From: a virus
Taxonomy: Duplodnaviria; Heunggongvirae; Uroviricota; Caudoviricetes
IMG/VR virus record: IMGVR_UViG_2737471857_000022
Direction: 5' to 3' (one strand)
DNA length: 36,183 nucleotides
Of the stretch, positions 33,495-36,183 are shown piece by piece; position 1 is the stretch's first letter; every line of letters begins with the position of its first letter. The notes under the pieces are model-generated. The model searched no databases. It had not been told where the DNA came from and was given only the letters and a program-made list of their open reading frames with translations. A program made the translations under genes and the position numbers.

Positions 33495-35174
33495 TTAAAT
33501 TCCAAATTCCTGTAATGGACCTGATATTTCCTCTTCTGGTTTCCAGTTCTTATCTGTCAGCATGTCTAAACATGGATGCAAAACAAGCCCGTTACTTTCC
33601 AGAATCTGTCTATCATTGATAGTTTTCAAATCAACGAAGATCCGGCCTTTCCTCGGTCCTCTTGAATTTTCTATTACAACTCTCTGGGTCTTGCCATCGA
33701 TGTATTCCAGTACAAACAAGTTTTTGTACTTGTCAATCCTGCTACACCCGATCCGTTTTAGAGCTTGCTTAATCTTAAACCGGACCTTAATGCGATCCTC
33801 GTTGTAAACATCTTCTAAATCAAATTCTGCGAGCTTCTCCCAGCCTTGAGAGTCAACAGAATACATTTCCTCTTCTGCCATCTTGATCTGATTGTAGAGT
33901 GTTTCACGCTCGCTATTGAGGGTAGTAATCTGATCGGCTAGTTCCTTCGTTGCTCCTGTCATAGCAGAAAGGGCAATCAGGTTATCAATCTTGCGTGATA
34001 TCTCATCAACCTGTACTTTCAACGCCGGAACCGGATTAGCCTTATCCTCAGCAATCCAGATTTTATCAGCCAGCAATTGCAATACAGCTTTCTCTAATTG
34101 ATCACCTCGAAAACTCCAGTTTGTATGCACACATGCAATACGACTAGAGCGCATTGCATCGCATGAATAACGATATTGGTTAGGACGTTTGTTAGTTCCT
34201 TTCACCTTAACCATAGCGGAACCGCAATGTTCACATTTCAATAGACCAACACCACTAAGCAAGGGAATAGGTTTAACTTCTTCCTTGTCTCCATAGTTAC
34301 ATGCTCTAACACCAATGCTTTTCTTAAGGTGATAAAACTCAGCGTCATCTAGCACACGAGGATAATAATCCTTTAACTCATACTTAACGCCATCTACAGA
34401 GATTTCCTTGATACCAATCAAAGCGCGGGTATGGAACAACCTTTCAATCATTGCCCGTGACCAGTTTGAATGCCTCTTGTGACTTGCGGCTGGTGGTGGT
34501 GTGTATGTCGCGTTAAGGTGATCCAGTATCTCGGCGGTTGACCGTCCATTCCTGCGTAATTCCACAACTTCCTGAACAATAGGGAAGAAGACCGGATGAG
34601 GAAGCACATAACCAGATGTGGTATCAGTCCACCACATATTCTTTCCAATTTCCTCGATTGCAACAGCCGGATTTTGTGGATTTTCTTGATGAGCTTTAAT
34701 CTTAATCAATGCGCTTGAGTTAGTACGATTGCGCTTAGTCTGACTTTCCTCGTTAGCTCTCGCAAACAACATGACACTCAACAGCAAATCAATAGGATTG
34801 GCATTAACCGATTCCTTGCTATAGACCTTACCATCCATGCCAGTTACGATAGTTATTCCCCTACGGATAATCGAGAGAAATAGCTCTTGTGCTTCAATGA
34901 TGGATTGGCGAGAGATACGGTCTAAGTTTTCCACAACCAGCCAGCTACCAACCGGAACGGATCGACCAATCTCATCCAGAAAGCGAGATAGTGCACCTGT
35001 TCTACTGTTAGCCCCTTTGAATGCAGATACACCAAAATCCTGATAGCTTGTAACTAGCTCAAGATCATATTTTGCGGCTATCTCTGCGGCTGTTCTCTTC
35101 TGGCGTTCATAAGAACTACCATCCGCTTGCTTCATAGACGAGAAGCGAATATACGAATACAGTTTAGTTTTCAT
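33495..35174 (-). CDS. large serine recombinase (phage integrase), about 559 aa from ATG 35174
   Basis: N-terminal resolvase motifs YIRFSSMKQ, SYERQ, LVVENLDRISRQ; zinc ribbon CEHCGSAMV...YSCDAMRSSRIAC; C-terminal coiled coil. Confidence 0.85.
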   Translation of the reverse strand: MKTKLYSYIRFSSMKQADGSSYERQKRTAAEIAAKYDLELVTSYQDFGVSAFKGANSRTGALSRFLDEIGRSVPVGSWLVVENLDRISRQSIIEAQELFLSIIRRGITIVTGMDGKVYSKESVNANPIDLLLSVMLFARANEESQTKRNRTNSSALIKIKAHQENPQNPAVAIEEIGKNMWWTDTTSGYVLPHPVFFPIVQEVVELRRNGRSTAEILDHLNATYTPPPAASHKRHSNWSRAMIERLFHTRALIGIKEISVDGVKYELKDYYPRVLDDAEFYHLKKSIGVRACNYGDKEEVKPIPLLSGVGLLKCEHCGSAMVKVKGTNKRPNQYRYSCDAMRSSRIACVHTNWSFRGDQLEKAVLQLLADKIWIAEDKANPVPALKVQVDEISRKIDNLIALSAMTGATKELADQITTLNSERETLYNQIKMAEEEMYSVDSQGWEKLAEFDLEDVYNEDRIKVRFKIKQALKRIGCSRIDKYKNLFVLEYIDGKTQRVVIENSRGPRKGRIFVDLKTINDRQILESNGLVLHPCLDMLTDKNWKPEEEISGPLQEFGI

Positions 35175-35193
35175 ACCATTTCCAAACAAAAAC

Positions 35194-35223
35194 GCCCCTA
35201 CCGCGTATTATAACGATAGGGGC
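35194..35223 (-). promoter_or_regulatory. inverted repeat GCCCCTA-N16-TAGGGGC directly upstream of the integrase start
   Basis: 7-bp arms with a TATTATAA-containing loop; followed on the minus strand by GTTTTTGTTT, so it may also terminate the upstream small gene. Confidence 0.4.
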
Positions 35224-35239
35224 ATTGGTTAGTAAGTCA

Positions 35240-35485
35240 TTAATATTTCTTTCCAGTTAGTTTTGCATCACGTTTATTAATATCCTCGATATGACTCCAT
35301 ACACACGCAGTAATAAAGTCGTCATCGTCACCAACTCCGGCAACCTGTGCTAATTCAGTACACAGTTGATTTAAAGAAGGTGCAACGGCAGCACGTTTGA
35401 CACTATCACCCTGTACATATTGTTCGGCATTCGCAGCACCAACCAAACCCAGAGCAAGAACGATACCAGCGATAATCTTTTTCAT
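35240..35485 (-). CDS. small secreted protein (81 aa) with cleavable signal peptide
   Basis: MKKIIAGIVLALGLVGAANA/EQ is a typical Sec signal with AxA site; AAGAGGA SD; two Cys in the mature part. Confidence 0.6.
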   Translation of the reverse strand: MKKIIAGIVLALGLVGAANAEQYVQGDSVKRAAVAPSLNQLCTELAQVAGVGDDDDFITACVWSHIEDINKRDAKLTGKKY

Positions 35486-35530
35486 AGTAGAATTTCCTCT
35501 TGTTATTTGAATTACGATATATTTATATCG

Positions 35531-35656
35531 TTAAAAATTGATGCTAATTACCAGACCAAACACAACCGCACCAATCAAATCAATCCAGTTAATACACAAT
35601 CCGCTATATTCTTTCTTGAATGTCTTGGATGAAATGCCATCATGAAATTGTTTCAT
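35531..35656 (-). CDS. possible 41-aa membrane peptide (MKQFHDGISSKTFKKEYSGLCINWIDLIGAVVFGLVISINF)
   Basis: Found by reading (below the ORF-track cut-off); GGGGTGAG upstream; single C-terminal hydrophobic helix. Confidence 0.3.
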   Translation of the reverse strand: MKQFHDGISSKTFKKEYSGLCINWIDLIGAVVFGLVISINF

Positions 35657-35756
35657 TGCTCACCCCATACTAACGACAATATAAGAAAGACTAATCATGG
35701 TTGTGAGACTACCTCCCACGAATGAGATAAAAGCTAACATGTTTGATTCTCCATTT

Positions 35757-35782
35757 AAAAAGCGGTGGGAATTGCACCCACC
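35757..35782 (-). terminator. terminator for the minus-strand gene 36183 to 35797
   Basis: GGTGGG-AATTGCA-CCCACC hairpin with A5 on + strand (T5 on minus). Confidence 0.5.
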
Positions 35783-35796
35783 AAATTAGAAATTAA

Positions 35797-36183
35797 TTAA
35801 GCGCGAACGATGGTCAGAGTATCCAGCAAACCTTTTTCGTATAATTCGAAACACGTTTTATATTGCTCAATCTGGAAACCATAGCGGGTGATCTTATTCA
35901 GTAGAATAATCACGGTATTCTCATCTAGGTATTGTCCTTGCTTACCAATTACATATGACTCGCGGGATAGTCTCAGCTTACGGAAACCTTTAACACCTAA
36001 TTCCTTAGCCACCGCTTTAATCTCTTTAATCTCACCCTCAGCAGCTACATATTCAGCGTCGATAATCTCAGGTGATGATCTCAGTGCTACCAGAACTAAG
36101 GCCATTGCTTCTTCTTCGGTACGAGCAACACCAGCTTTCTCGAAAGTCATCTCGCCAAATTTACGAATCATGATATTGAACAT
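35797..36183 (-). CDS. hypothetical protein, at least 128 aa; start at or beyond the window edge
   Basis: ORF runs to the last base of the window; no family recognised. Confidence 0.5.
   Translation of the reverse strand: MFNIMIRKFGEMTFEKAGVARTEEEAMALVLVALRSSPEIIDAEYVAAEGEIKEIKAVAKELGVKGFRKLRLSRESYVIGKQGQYLDENTVIILLNKITRYGFQIEQYKTCFELYEKGLLDTLTIVRA

Noticed and set aside
1-36183. CRISPR array, reverse transcriptase or other obvious defence hallmark
   Set aside because: No regularly spaced direct repeats with unique spacers (the iterons are not spacer-separated); no reverse-transcriptase motif such as YxDD in any long ORF that I could see.

Overview
The window reads as the left ~36 kb of a temperate, lambda-ordered siphovirus prophage in an enterobacterial chromosome. 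All calls are from reading the sequence and the ORF track by eye, with protein-family resemblance recalled from memory; no searches were run. It opens with the 5' part of a hicB-type antitoxin gene whose frame leaves HicB-like sequence at about nt 334, which I take to be the left prophage junction. An early/accessory arm follows (1-7.8 kb): a Nu1-family HTH protein, small membrane and HTH proteins, a Rha-like regulator, an array of TTTTGCCCCTGAA iterons and a CTAG-rich structured non-coding stretch. The + strand then carries a morphogenesis operon (7.8-29.3 kb): GpA-like large terminase, portal, one ORF fusing prohead protease, scaffold and HK97-fold capsid, FII-like and U-like connectors, gpV-like tube protein, G/T chaperones, tape measure, M/L/K-position tip proteins and a J-like central fibre. 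Inserted into it between the U-like and V-like genes is a side-fibre module: a tube-protein paralogue, a 1136-aa T5-pb1-like fibre with C-terminal intramolecular chaperone, and three tandem ~100-aa paralogues. Downstream are a lysis cassette ending in an M15-peptidase endolysin, two paralogous zinc-ribbon/GIY-YIG-like proteins flanking an acidic ORF, a large serine recombinase, and small secreted/membrane ORFs. I found no tRNA, rRNA, CRISPR array, or recognisable replication or repressor genes. The right prophage end is not in the window.
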